From a virus (Duplodnaviria > Heunggongvirae > Uroviricota > Caudoviricetes): 29,766 nt of DNA. The notes under the pieces were generated by a model. The model was not told where the DNA came from. It did not search any database and saw only the letters and a list, made by a program, of their open reading frames with translations. Below are positions 7,443 to 15,134 of this stretch, in pieces (the stretch's first letter is position 1; each line of letters starts with the position of its first letter). The stretch spans positions 1 through 29,766 of the IMG/VR virus record IMGVR_UViG_2541047966_000011; one strand, written 5' to 3'. Position numbers and translations under genes: made by a program.

Positions 7443-8006
7443 ATGAGGCTAACCGTGGGTAAGCATCACTGGAAAGTAGAAAAACAGCCTGAGTGGTACG
7501 TGAAAGCTGTCAGAAAAACTATCGCGGCGTTGCCGGGGGGTTACGCTGAAGCTGCTGAGTGGCTGGATGTAACAGAGAACGCTTTATTCAACCGCCTTCG
7601 TGCAGATGGCGATCAGATTTTCCCGCTGGGATGGGCAATGATTTTACAGCGCGCGGCTGGCACTCACTACATTGCGGATGCTGTCGCACAGTCTGCTGGT
7701 GGGGTGTTTGTATCGCTTCCTGAAATTGAGGAAGTAGAGAACGCCGATATAAACCAGCGCCTGCTGGAAGTCATCGAACAGATCGGGAGTTACTCAAAGC
7801 AGATTCGTTCGGCAATCGAAGATGGGGTAGTGGAGCCACACGAGCAGACAGCAATTAATGATGAGTTGTATCTGTCAATTTCGAAGCTCCAGGAACATGC
7901 AGCACTGGTCTACAAAATCTTTTGCGCTCCAGAAAAGAGTGACGCCCGCGAGTGTGCAGCTCCGGGCGTCGTGGCGTTTTGTGTCTGTGGAGAAACTAAC
8001 GCATGA
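7443..8006 (+). CDS. CII-like regulator (YdaT-family-like)
   Basis: 187 aa immediately after the Cro-like gene, the position CII occupies in lambdoid phages. Family assignment from memory, not a visible motif. Confidence 0.5.
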   Translation: MRLTVGKHHWKVEKQPEWYVKAVRKTIAALPGGYAEAAEWLDVTENALFNRLRADGDQIFPLGWAMILQRAAGTHYIADAVAQSAGGVFVSLPEIEEVENADINQRLLEVIEQIGSYSKQIRSAIEDGVVEPHEQTAINDELYLSISKLQEHAALVYKIFCAPEKSDARECAAPGVVAFCVCGETNA

Positions 8007-8151
8007 ACAGTTTAACGGCAAATAACCGTTTGTCGCAACAGCTGGTGGTCAGTGTCGCTGCACACCTGTTGTTACGGCATGAATGCAGATTACCAAATCA
8101 CCTGGCTGTAAGTAACCACAGAGAACTTTACCTGACTGTGGGGGGCGAGTT

Positions 8152-8331
8152 GTGCAGGAACTTAACCGCTGGTTTCGTGACGGAAGAGGACTTTATGTTC
8201 ATGTTATTCGTTGGGAGCCAGAAACACAGCGCGTTATCTATCTTCGCAAAGACTACCCGCATGAGTGCTTTAGTCCTTTGTGGAAATTCAGGCGTGATTT
8301 TGTTGAGTGTGAAGGACCACCAGCACATTGA
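8152..8331 (+). CDS. small hypothetical protein (59 aa), uncertain
   Basis: Not in the ORF track. GTG start after a G-rich stretch (GGGGGGCGAG); translation VQELNRWFRDGRGLYVHVIRWEPETQRVIYLRKDYPHECFSPLWKFRRDFVECEGPPAH. Protein-like composition but no recognised family. Confidence 0.3.
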   Translation: MQELNRWFRDGRGLYVHVIRWEPETQRVIYLRKDYPHECFSPLWKFRRDFVECEGPPAH

Positions 8332-8608
8332 TTCTGCCATTCCGGGACGTTACACTGTTCAGGCACCTTATAAAACGGGTGCCGGGATTGGCGTCCTGAA
8401 ATTGATTACTGAGCATAACCGCGCTCATGCGGTTTTTTCGTGTCATGAGCATTGCTACGCCCAAATTATGGTGGGGCGTACAGGGCCGACTTCGGTCGGG
8501 CCGGGTTCGGTAGTCTCCGGTAACGCCAACCCTGTACGTCTCACCACCTCTGTGATTGGCGTCCCATGTGGTGAGTTTTCTAAAAAACTGACTACCGGGG
8601 CTGTCACC

Positions 8609-9166
8609 ATGACTACTCTCCCAACCCTCTCTCAACCTGAAATTGCCATCGTTGATGGTCAGGCTGTTACATCTTCTTTGGCTGTTGCTGACTTCTTCTC
8701 TAAACGTCATGACGATGTTCTGAAAAAGATCCGCATTTTGGATTGTTCTCCAGAGTTTTGTGCCCGCAATTTTGCGGAGACATCAATTTTGGTACGCCAG
8801 CCCAACGGCGGTACTCGCAAACTTCCTTGCTATCAAATAACCCGCGACGGCTTTGCGTTTCTTGCTATGGGTTTCACGGGGAAACGTGCTGCCCAGTTCA
8901 AAGAGGCATACATCAATGCCTTTAACCAGATGGAGAAACAGCTTTCAAAGCCCTCTGTACCGAGCGACGTTGCACATAACGCCAGCGTTCTCTGTTCCTA
9001 CATTTCATCAATTCATCAGGTCTGGTTGCAGCAGCTTTATCCCATGCTGGAAAAAGCTGAATCACCGCTGGCTGTAAGTCTGTATGACCGAATTAACGAT
9101 GCGGCATTTCTTGCCCGTCTTATTCATTCGTCGCTGAACTCTTCAGAGGTAAGGGGGCGCAAATGA
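8609..9166 (+). CDS. rha: phage regulatory protein Rha
   Basis: From ATG 8609: MTTLPTLSQPEIAIVDGQAVTSSLAVADFFSKRHDDVLKKI...PCYQITRDGFAFLAMGFTGKRAAQFKEAYINAF, a typical Rha N-terminal pattern. The ORF-track frame runs from 8003, but the upstream 200 codons look non-genic. Confidence 0.7.
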   Translation: MTTLPTLSQPEIAIVDGQAVTSSLAVADFFSKRHDDVLKKIRILDCSPEFCARNFAETSILVRQPNGGTRKLPCYQITRDGFAFLAMGFTGKRAAQFKEAYINAFNQMEKQLSKPSVPSDVAHNASVLCSYISSIHQVWLQQLYPMLEKAESPLAVSLYDRINDAAFLARLIHSSLNSSEVRGRK

Positions 9167-9387
9167 TCCGGAATATTTTCAAACGATTTACCAATCAGAC
9201 TTTCCGTTGTCCTCGCCCCGGTCAGTGGTACACCACGCCTGCAGGGCATGTTCTACGTGTTAGCCTGGTTGACCGTGAATGTCAGAAGGTGGTTTGTGAA
9301 CCGCTGGGCCGTAATTACCGCGTCAGTATGCCGCTTATAGCCTTTTGCTCCGGAAAAAACATGAAGCATCTCGGAGGTGCAGCATGA
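9163..9387 (+). CDS. hypothetical protein (74 aa)
   Basis: Start overlaps the rha stop (ATGA) and stop overlaps the next gene start (ATGA), consistent with translational coupling. No recognised domain. Confidence 0.45.
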   Translation: MIRNIFKRFTNQTFRCPRPGQWYTTPAGHVLRVSLVDRECQKVVCEPLGRNYRVSMPLIAFCSGKNMKHLGGAA

Positions 9388-10202
9388 GTATGGAGCTGAT
9401 GGTTAAAGCGATGAAAATTCGAGTGGGTAATCCATTGCGAAAACTGGTTCTGATCAAGCTGGCTGATAATGCCAGCGATCAGGGTGAGTGCTGGCCCAGC
9501 TATCAGCATATTGCTGACCAGTGCGAGATTAGCAAACGTTCTGTGATGAATCATATTGCGGCCCTTTGTGAGTCCGGGCTGGTAAAAAAAGTCACCCGGA
9601 AAGGTGAAAAAGGTAACTCAAGTAATATCTATCTCCTTCATCTGGATGGTGCAGGAGATTCACTAGGGGGTAGTGCAAATAATTCACTATCTGGTGCAGC
9701 AAATTCACCAGGTAGTGCAGGAGTTGCACCAGGGGGTAGTGCAGGAGATTCACCCAGAACCAGTCACTCTTTTGAACCAGTCAAAGAACCAGTCAATGAA
9801 CCAATAGCTGTTGGTGCATCAGTTGATGAGTCCGTGCGAGTTCGTTCAAACCGACCGGAATACTCTCCGGAGTTTGAGCAGGCATGGCTGGTATATCCCA
9901 AACGTGCTGGTGGCAATTCAAAATCTGCAGCCTTCAAAGCCTGGAAAGCCCGTTTGAATGAGGGAGTAAACCCCGAAACCATGCTGGAAGGTGTGAAACG
10001 CTACGCGGGATGGGTATCTGCGATGGGTAACAGCGGCACACAATTTGTGAAACAGGCTGTCACGTTCTTTGGTCCGGATCGTCATTTCGAAGAATTCTGG
10101 GAAGTTCCTGCGGTATCTGCAGCCAGACGCGAGGACCCGTACTTCAAAGCCAGTTACGACAACGTGGACTACAGCCAGATCCCGGCAGGATTCAGGGGGT
10201 GA
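9384..10202 (+). CDS. replication initiator (O-like) with N-terminal HTH and a DnaT-like C-terminal region
   Basis: N-terminal LVLIKLADNASDQGECWPSYQHIADQCEISKRSVMNHIAALCESGLVK looks like the HTH of phage replication initiators; C-terminal EQAWLVYPKRAGGNSKSAAFKAWKARL is DnaT-like as recalled. GGAGGTG upstream; the start could be ATG 9384 or 9390, and the ORF-track start at 9345 is TTG. Confidence 0.7.
   Translation: MSMELMVKAMKIRVGNPLRKLVLIKLADNASDQGECWPSYQHIADQCEISKRSVMNHIAALCESGLVKKVTRKGEKGNSSNIYLLHLDGAGDSLGGSANNSLSGAANSPGSAGVAPGGSAGDSPRTSHSFEPVKEPVNEPIAVGASVDESVRVRSNRPEYSPEFEQAWLVYPKRAGGNSKSAAFKAWKARLNEGVNPETMLEGVKRYAGWVSAMGNSGTQFVKQAVTFFGPDRHFEEFWEVPAVSAARREDPYFKASYDNVDYSQIPAGFRG
9648..9755. 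repeat. iteron-like direct repeats inside the initiator gene (candidate replication origin)
   Basis: About five imperfect copies of a GGTGCAGGAGATTCAC-like unit at roughly 22-bp spacing (starts near 9648, 9671, 9693, 9714, 9738). They encode a Gly/Ser/Ala-rich linker and are followed by GAACCAGTCAA-type repeats at 9771-9800. Confidence 0.5.
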
Positions 10203-10204
10203 TC

Positions 10205-10693
10205 ATGAGTCTTTTGAATGAAGTTCAGAAATTCATTGAAGCCCATCCGGGGTGTACTTCCGGAGACATTGCGGATGCTTTTGCAGGTTACTCACGGCAG
10301 CGCGTTCTGCAGTCAGCAAGCAAGTTACGTCAGAGTGGGCGTGTGGCTCACCGTTGTGAAGGAGATACACGCAGACATTTCCCACGCCTGACTGAGAGAG
10401 CGCAGGAGCCGGAACCACAACCAGTTCGTGAAACCAGACCTGTGCGCAATTTCTATGTCGGCACTAACGATCCCCGGGTGATTTTGTGCCTGACCCGCCA
10501 GGCGGAAGAACTGGAGTCCAGGGGCTTATACCGTCGTGCTGCAACGGTGTGGATGGCGGCATTCCGTGAAAGCCACTCCCAGCCAGAACGAAACAATTTT
10601 CTGGCGCGTCGTGAGCGGTGCTTACGGAAAAGCAGCAAGCGCGCTGTATCGGGTGAAGAGTGGTATCTGTCAGGGAATTACGTGGGGGCTTAA
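10205..10693 (+). CDS. putative transcriptional regulator; winged-HTH-like N-terminus, C-terminus reminiscent of PerC/ANR-type small regulators (uncertain)
   Basis: ATG at 10205 lies 5 nt after GGGGG; the ORF-track start at 10199 is GTG. Arg-rich C-terminal half. Stop overlaps the methyltransferase start (TAATG). Confidence 0.45.
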   Translation: MSLLNEVQKFIEAHPGCTSGDIADAFAGYSRQRVLQSASKLRQSGRVAHRCEGDTRRHFPRLTERAQEPEPQPVRETRPVRNFYVGTNDPRVILCLTRQAEELESRGLYRRAATVWMAAFRESHSQPERNNFLARRERCLRKSSKRAVSGEEWYLSGNYVGA

Positions 10694-11346
10694 TGAGTAA
10701 TAAATATTGCCAGGCGCTGGTGGAGCTGCGGAACAAACCAGCCCATGAACTGAAGGAAGTGGGCGATCAGTGGCGCACGCCGGATAACATTTTCTGGGGA
10801 ATTAACACCCTGTTTGGCCCGTTTGTTCTGGATCTGTTCACTGATGGTGATAACGCCAAATGTGCCGCTTATTACACTGCGGAAGACAACGCGCTGGCGC
10901 ATGACTGGTCTGAACGTCTTGCGGAGCTTAAAGGTGCTGCCTTTGGTAATCCCCCGTACAGCCGCGCCAGTCAGCATGAAGGGCAATACATCACCGGCAT
11001 GCGTTACATCATGAAGCATGCCAGTGCCATGCGTGATAAGGGCGGACGCTATGTTTTCCTGATCAAAGCTGCCACCAGCGAAGTGTGGTGGCCGGAAGAT
11101 GCAGATCATATTGCTTTTATTCGCGGGCGTATTGGTTTTGAACTGCCTGCCTGGTTTATCCCGAAGGACGAGAAGCAGGTGCCGACAGGCGCTTTCTTCG
11201 CTGGTGCTATTGCTGTTTTCGACAAGACCTGGAAGGGACCGGCAATCAGCTACATCGGGCGCGATGAACTTGAGGCATGTGGTGAGGCGTTTCTGGCGCA
11301 GGTTCGCCAGCAGGCAGAAAAACTGGTCAGGGAGATGGCGGCATGA
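10693..11346 (+). CDS. phage N6-adenine DNA methyltransferase (Dam-type, orphan)
   Basis: Contains the amino-methyltransferase catalytic motif within AAFGNPPYS (NPPY). ATG at 10693 (MSNKYCQ...). No adjacent restriction endonuclease gene. Confidence 0.8.
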   Translation: MSNKYCQALVELRNKPAHELKEVGDQWRTPDNIFWGINTLFGPFVLDLFTDGDNAKCAAYYTAEDNALAHDWSERLAELKGAAFGNPPYSRASQHEGQYITGMRYIMKHASAMRDKGGRYVFLIKAATSEVWWPEDADHIAFIRGRIGFELPAWFIPKDEKQVPTGAFFAGAIAVFDKTWKGPAISYIGRDELEACGEAFLAQVRQQAEKLVREMAA

Positions 11347-11669
11347 CGACGTTAACTCAATGCCAGCAGCAGGTGCTGGATATGCTGATTTCTTATCAGA
11401 AAGAACGTGGCTTCCCGCCAACCAATCAGGAGGTGGCAACCATGCTGGGATACCGTTCGGTGAATGCAGCGGTGGAGCATCTTCGCGCACTGGAGAAAAA
11501 AGGCGTCATCACGATAAAGCGTGGCGTGGCCCGGGGCATCACGCTTCATACCGCGGTGAAGGACGACGGCAGCGAGGCGGTCGGGATTATCCGCGCACTG
11601 CTTGCCGGTGAGGAAAACGCCAGGCTGCGTGCAGCCCACTGGTTACATGAGAGGGGGCTGAAAGTATGA
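11343..11669 (+). CDS. LexA N-terminal DNA-binding-domain-only protein (lacks the S24 autocleavage domain)
   Basis: Residues 4-67 align by eye to E. coli LexA residues 3-68 (LTxxQQxV...G-PPT-xE-A--LG-RS-NAA-EHL-AL--KGVI-I--G--RGI-L), with recognition-helix residues S, N, A, E conserved. The protein ends at 108 aa with no Ala-Gly cleavage site or Ser/Lys dyad. Confidence 0.75.
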   Translation: MTTLTQCQQQVLDMLISYQKERGFPPTNQEVATMLGYRSVNAAVEHLRALEKKGVITIKRGVARGITLHTAVKDDGSEAVGIIRALLAGEENARLRAAHWLHERGLKV

Positions 11670-12055
11670 AGCTAATACTGCCTTTCCCGCCCAGCGTGAA
11701 CACGTACTGGCGACACCCCAACAAAGGGGCGTTTGCTGGTAAGAGCCTGATAAGCGCGGCGGGGCGAAAATTCCAGAGCGCGGCGTGTGCAGCAATAGTT
11801 GAGCAGTTACGTCGTCTGCCAAAACCAACGTCGGCACCTGCTTCAGTGGAGATCGTGTTGTTTCCTCCGGATAACCGGATCCGCGATCTGGACAACTATA
11901 ACAAGGCGCTGTTTGACGCCCTGACCCACGCGGGGGTGTGGGAAGACGACAGACAGGTGAAAAGAATGCTGGTGGAGTGGGGACCGGTTATCCCGAAAGG
12001 GAAGGTCGAGATCACTATCAGTAAGTACAAGAAAACGGCGGGTGCAGCCGCCTGA
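11666..12055 (+). CDS. rusA: RusA-family Holliday junction resolvase
   Basis: 129 aa starting MKLILPFPPSVNTYW..., the characteristic RusA N-terminus. GAGGGGG upstream; start overlaps the previous stop. Confidence 0.85.
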   Translation: MKLILPFPPSVNTYWRHPNKGAFAGKSLISAAGRKFQSAACAAIVEQLRRLPKPTSAPASVEIVLFPPDNRIRDLDNYNKALFDALTHAGVWEDDRQVKRMLVEWGPVIPKGKVEITISKYKKTAGAAA

Positions 12056-12074
12056 TTAAGAGGAGAAACGAAGT

Positions 12075-12884
12075 ATGAATAATCTGATGGTCATTGATGG
12101 TATTGAAGTTCGTCGTGATGCTTATGGTCGTTACAGCCTGAACGATCTGCACAGGGCAGCCGGGGGAGAACAAAAAAACCGCCCGAAATACTGGCTCTCC
12201 AATAAGCAAACCTGTGAATTGATTGAACAACTTTTCACCGAGGGTGGAATTCCGCCTCTGGAACAAAATCAACCAGTTAGCGTCATTAATGGCGGAAATA
12301 ACCAGGGGACGTATGTCTGCAAAGAACTGGTGTATGCCTATGCAATGTGGATCAGCCCGTCATTCCATCTGAAGGTGATCCGTACTTTCGATATGGTAAC
12401 CAGCGCACCGGAAAAATTATCCGGGCAGGCTGCTGACAAGATGCAGGCTGGTGTGATTCTGCTGGACTTTATGCGTCGGGAATTAAACCTGTCTAACTCA
12501 TCTGTGCTTGGGGCTTGTCAGAAACTCCAGGAGGCTGTTGGCTTACCGAATCTGGCTCCGCGCTATGCAATTGATGCTCCTGCCGATGCACCCGATGGCT
12601 CAAGTCGCCCTACGCTGTCACTGAGTGCACTGCTGAAGCAGTATGGTATCCGCCTGACGGCTAATCAGGCATATCACCAGATGGTGAAGCTGGGGATCGT
12701 CGAGCAGCGCGAACGATACAGCCGTACCGCGATTAACAACATCAAAAAATTCTGGTCGCTGACAGCGAAAGGCTGCATGTTCGGCAAGAACATCACCAGT
12801 CCCGCAAATCCGCGCGAGACGCAGCCGCATTTCTTCGAATCCCGATTCCCTGAGCTGTTAAAGCTGCTCGATACCGTTCATTGA
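12075..12884 (+). CDS. KilA-N domain protein
   Basis: N-terminal ~100 aa (MNNLMVIDGIEVRRDAYGRYSLNDLHRAAGG...KYWLSNKQT) resembles the KilA-N DNA-binding domain. The C-terminal half is unassigned. Confidence 0.6.
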   Translation: MNNLMVIDGIEVRRDAYGRYSLNDLHRAAGGEQKNRPKYWLSNKQTCELIEQLFTEGGIPPLEQNQPVSVINGGNNQGTYVCKELVYAYAMWISPSFHLKVIRTFDMVTSAPEKLSGQAADKMQAGVILLDFMRRELNLSNSSVLGACQKLQEAVGLPNLAPRYAIDAPADAPDGSSRPTLSLSALLKQYGIRLTANQAYHQMVKLGIVEQRERYSRTAINNIKKFWSLTAKGCMFGKNITSPANPRETQPHFFESRFPELLKLLDTVH

Positions 12885-12885
12885 G

Positions 12886-13881
12886 GTGACCGTGAGAGCA
12901 TTACTGACCCCTGAAATTGCCCCGCGTATGGGGATCGTATTGTTCAGACCCGGTTCAGAGCTGATGCCCCTGTTTATGCAGGGGCGTGTCCTGCTGGAGC
13001 CTGAGCCAGAACGTTATTCATCTTTTGCCAGTGGTGCCGTTCCGGCGGCATCACAACCGCTGGCGGATGATCCTGCTGTTCGGGCCGTGTTCCGCAATGA
13101 GGCAGTGATCCGTCGTGCTGGTGGCGTGGAATGTCTTGAAAGCTGGTTACTTCGTGAAAAAGGCTGCCAGTGGCCTCATTCCGACTGGCACAGCGAGAAC
13201 ATGACAACAATGCGACACGCTCCGGGCGCAATCCGTCTGTGCTGGCACTGCGATAACCAGCTGCGCGATCAGTTCACGGAACGGCTGGAATCAATGGCAA
13301 CGGATAACTGTGCCCGCTGGGTGTTGTCTGTTGTGCGTCGGGATCTCGGTTTTGATGACAGTCACGTTGTGACAATGCCGGAACTGTGCTGGTGGCTGGT
13401 TCGTAATGATCTGGCGGATGCCTTACCGGAAAGCGCAGCCCGTAAGGCACTGAGATTACCGAATCCTGTTGTGCCGTCTGTCACCCGGGAAAGTGACCTT
13501 GTGCCTTCGGTTCCTGCCACCAGCATCATCCAGGATAAGGCGAAAAAGGTGCTGGCGCTGAAAGTGGATCCGGAGTCGCCGGAGTCTTTTATGTTACGCC
13601 CAAAACGTCGCCGCTGGGTTAATGAAAAGTACACGCGCTGGGTTAAGACACAGCCGTGCGCATGTTGTGGAAAGCCTGCTGATGATCCTCACCACCTGAT
13701 AGGCCACGGTCAGGGGGGAATGGGTACAAAAGCGCATGACCTCTTTGTGTTGCCTTTGTGCAGAAAGCATCACGACGAGCTGCATGCGGATACCGTGGCA
13801 TTTGAAGAGAAGTATGGCTCCCAGCTGGAGCTGATATTTCGTTTTATCGATCGTGCGCTGGCAATAGGCGTACTGGCGTAA
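12886..13881 (+). CDS. DUF968-like nin-region protein with C-terminal Cys/His-rich HNH-like motif
   Basis: 331 aa with GTG start. C-terminal CACCGKPADDPHHLIGHGQGGMGTKAHDLFVLPLCRKHHDELH resembles a zinc-binding HNH-like module. DUF968 name from memory. Confidence 0.55.
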   Translation: MTVRALLTPEIAPRMGIVLFRPGSELMPLFMQGRVLLEPEPERYSSFASGAVPAASQPLADDPAVRAVFRNEAVIRRAGGVECLESWLLREKGCQWPHSDWHSENMTTMRHAPGAIRLCWHCDNQLRDQFTERLESMATDNCARWVLSVVRRDLGFDDSHVVTMPELCWWLVRNDLADALPESAARKALRLPNPVVPSVTRESDLVPSVPATSIIQDKAKKVLALKVDPESPESFMLRPKRRRWVNEKYTRWVKTQPCACCGKPADDPHHLIGHGQGGMGTKAHDLFVLPLCRKHHDELHADTVAFEEKYGSQLELIFRFIDRALAIGVLA

Positions 13882-13894
13882 GTGGAGAACGAGC

Positions 13895-14647
13895 ATGAAC
13901 CTTGAAGCCTTACCAAAATATTACTCCCCAAAATCTCCAAAACTGAGCGATGACGCACCGGCGACAGGCTCGGGTGGTTTAACGATTACGGATGTGATGG
14001 CTGCGCAGGGGATGGTGCAGTCGAAAGCACCGCTTGGGTTTGCCTTATTTCTGGCAAAAGTTGGTGTTCAGGATCCTCAGTTTGCGATTGAAGGTCTGCT
14101 CAATTACGCGATGGCACTGGATAACCCGACATTGAACAAATTGAGTGAAGAAACCCGGTTACAGATCATCCCTTACCTTGTGAATTTTGCCTTTGCTGAT
14201 TATTCCAGGTCTGCGGCAAGTAAGGCTCGCTGTGGGCATTGTGCTGGTACTGGATTTCATAATGTATTGCGCGAAGTGGTGAAACACTCCAGAAGCGGGG
14301 AATCTGTTATCAAGGAAGAGTGGGTGAAGGAACTATGTCAGCATTGCCATGGTAAGGGAGAAGTCAGCACAGCGTGCAGAGGGTGTAAGGGTAAAGGTAT
14401 TGTCCTGGATGAAAAAAGGACCCGGCTTCATGGCACGCCTGTTTATAAGATTTGTGGGCGTTGCAATGGAAACCGGTTTAGCCGTTTACCAACCACACTG
14501 GCGCGGCATCATGTCCAGAAGCTGGTACCAGACCTGACGGATTATCAGTGGTACAAAGGATATGCAGATGTCATTGATAAACTGGTGACAAAGTGCTGGC
14601 AGGAAGAAGCATATGCTGAGGCGCAATTAAGAAAAGTGACGAGATAA
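13895..14647 (+). CDS. late-gene antitermination protein Q-like
   Basis: 250 aa with several CxxC motifs (CGHCAGTG, CQHCHGKG, CRGCKGKG, CGRCNG). It is the last gene before a promoter/terminator module and the lysis cassette, which is the canonical Q position. Confidence 0.65.
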   Translation: MNLEALPKYYSPKSPKLSDDAPATGSGGLTITDVMAAQGMVQSKAPLGFALFLAKVGVQDPQFAIEGLLNYAMALDNPTLNKLSEETRLQIIPYLVNFAFADYSRSAASKARCGHCAGTGFHNVLREVVKHSRSGESVIKEEWVKELCQHCHGKGEVSTACRGCKGKGIVLDEKRTRLHGTPVYKICGRCNGNRFSRLPTTLARHHVQKLVPDLTDYQWYKGYADVIDKLVTKCWQEEAYAEAQLRKVTR

Positions 14648-14678
14648 ATGATTTTCGCCGAAGATAGCGACATGATTC

Positions 14679-14707
14679 TTGCATTTTTCAAAAAATCTGG
14701 TTAGGAT
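14679..14707 (+). promoter_or_regulatory. candidate late promoter PR'
   Basis: TTGCAT (14679-14684), 17-nt spacer, TAGGAT (14702-14707), located 32 nt after the Q stop and about 50 nt upstream of an intrinsic terminator. Confidence 0.35.
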
Positions 14708-14757
14708 TCTCCTAACGATGGGCTTTGTATGTCTGCCGTTAACGAAATCATAACAAA

Positions 14758-14784
14758 CCTCGCTTCGGCGGGGTTTTTGCTTTT
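14758..14784 (+). terminator. tR'-like intrinsic terminator (target of Q antitermination)
   Basis: CCTCGC-ttcg-GCGGGG followed by TTTTTGCTTTT, directly upstream of the RBS (GGAGG) of the first late gene. Confidence 0.6.
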
Positions 14785-14797
14785 CTGGAGGTCAATA

Positions 14798-15055
14798 ATG
14801 CAGGGCGAAAAGCAGCAGCCATATTTTTTTAATCCTGGTATGACTGTTGAACAGCTTGAAGACTGGCTGGAGCAGCAAAAGCTTCATCTAAGCCGCTATA
14901 GCCGTCTGGTAAAAGAAAAAGCAGAGCTTGAAGAACGGCTCAGTGATATTTCTGTGGAAATTGAACGAATGTCTGCTGGTGGTTTTAACGGAAAGTTGAG
15001 TTTCCCTTGGGAGTCAAGTTCGCTTCTGAGAAATCATCAACAGGGTAGTATTTGA
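14798..15055 (+). CDS. hypothetical protein (85 aa), first late-operon ORF
   Basis: ATG at 14798 (MQGEKQQPYFF...) with GGAGG about 6 nt upstream. The longer ORF-track form (from 14729) would span the terminator hairpin. Predicted coiled-coil-like, no recognised family. Confidence 0.5.
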   Translation: MQGEKQQPYFFNPGMTVEQLEDWLEQQKLHLSRYSRLVKEKAELEERLSDISVEIERMSAGGFNGKLSFPWESSSLLRNHQQGSI

Positions 15056-15134
15056 CTGAAATAATAAACAGACTGTCATTAAGATCCCTTCCCCTCATAT
15101 CTGAGAGGACCAACAGCAATTAAGAGGGGGCTAA

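Noticed and set aside
8003-9166. Single 387-aa ORF spanning the whole interval in the ORF track
   Set aside because: Only the last ~186 codons (from ATG 8609) look like Rha. The upstream 200 codons lack any domain-like pattern and the frame is probably just open; Rha is called from 8609 and the upstream part is treated as a separate finding.
9648-9755. Possible CRISPR array because of regularly spaced repeats
   Set aside because: Repeats are imperfect, only ~16-18 bp with ~5-bp gaps, and lie in frame within a coding gene; they fit iterons and a repetitive linker, not a CRISPR array.
10690-11490. 266-aa minus-strand ORF antisense to the methyltransferase and LexA-like genes
   Set aside because: Fully overlaps two plus-strand genes with clear motifs (NPPY; LexA wHTH) and has Arg/Pro-rich shadow-frame composition.
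11099-11611. 170-aa plus-strand Arg-rich ORF overlapping the methyltransferase and LexA-like genes
   Set aside because: Alternate frame of the same strand, extremely Arg/Gly-rich as expected of a GC-rich off-frame; no independent start context.
14729-14797. Longer form of the first late ORF starting at 14729
   Set aside because: That start would place the tR'-like terminator hairpin inside the coding sequence; the ATG at 14798 with GGAGG upstream is the better start.
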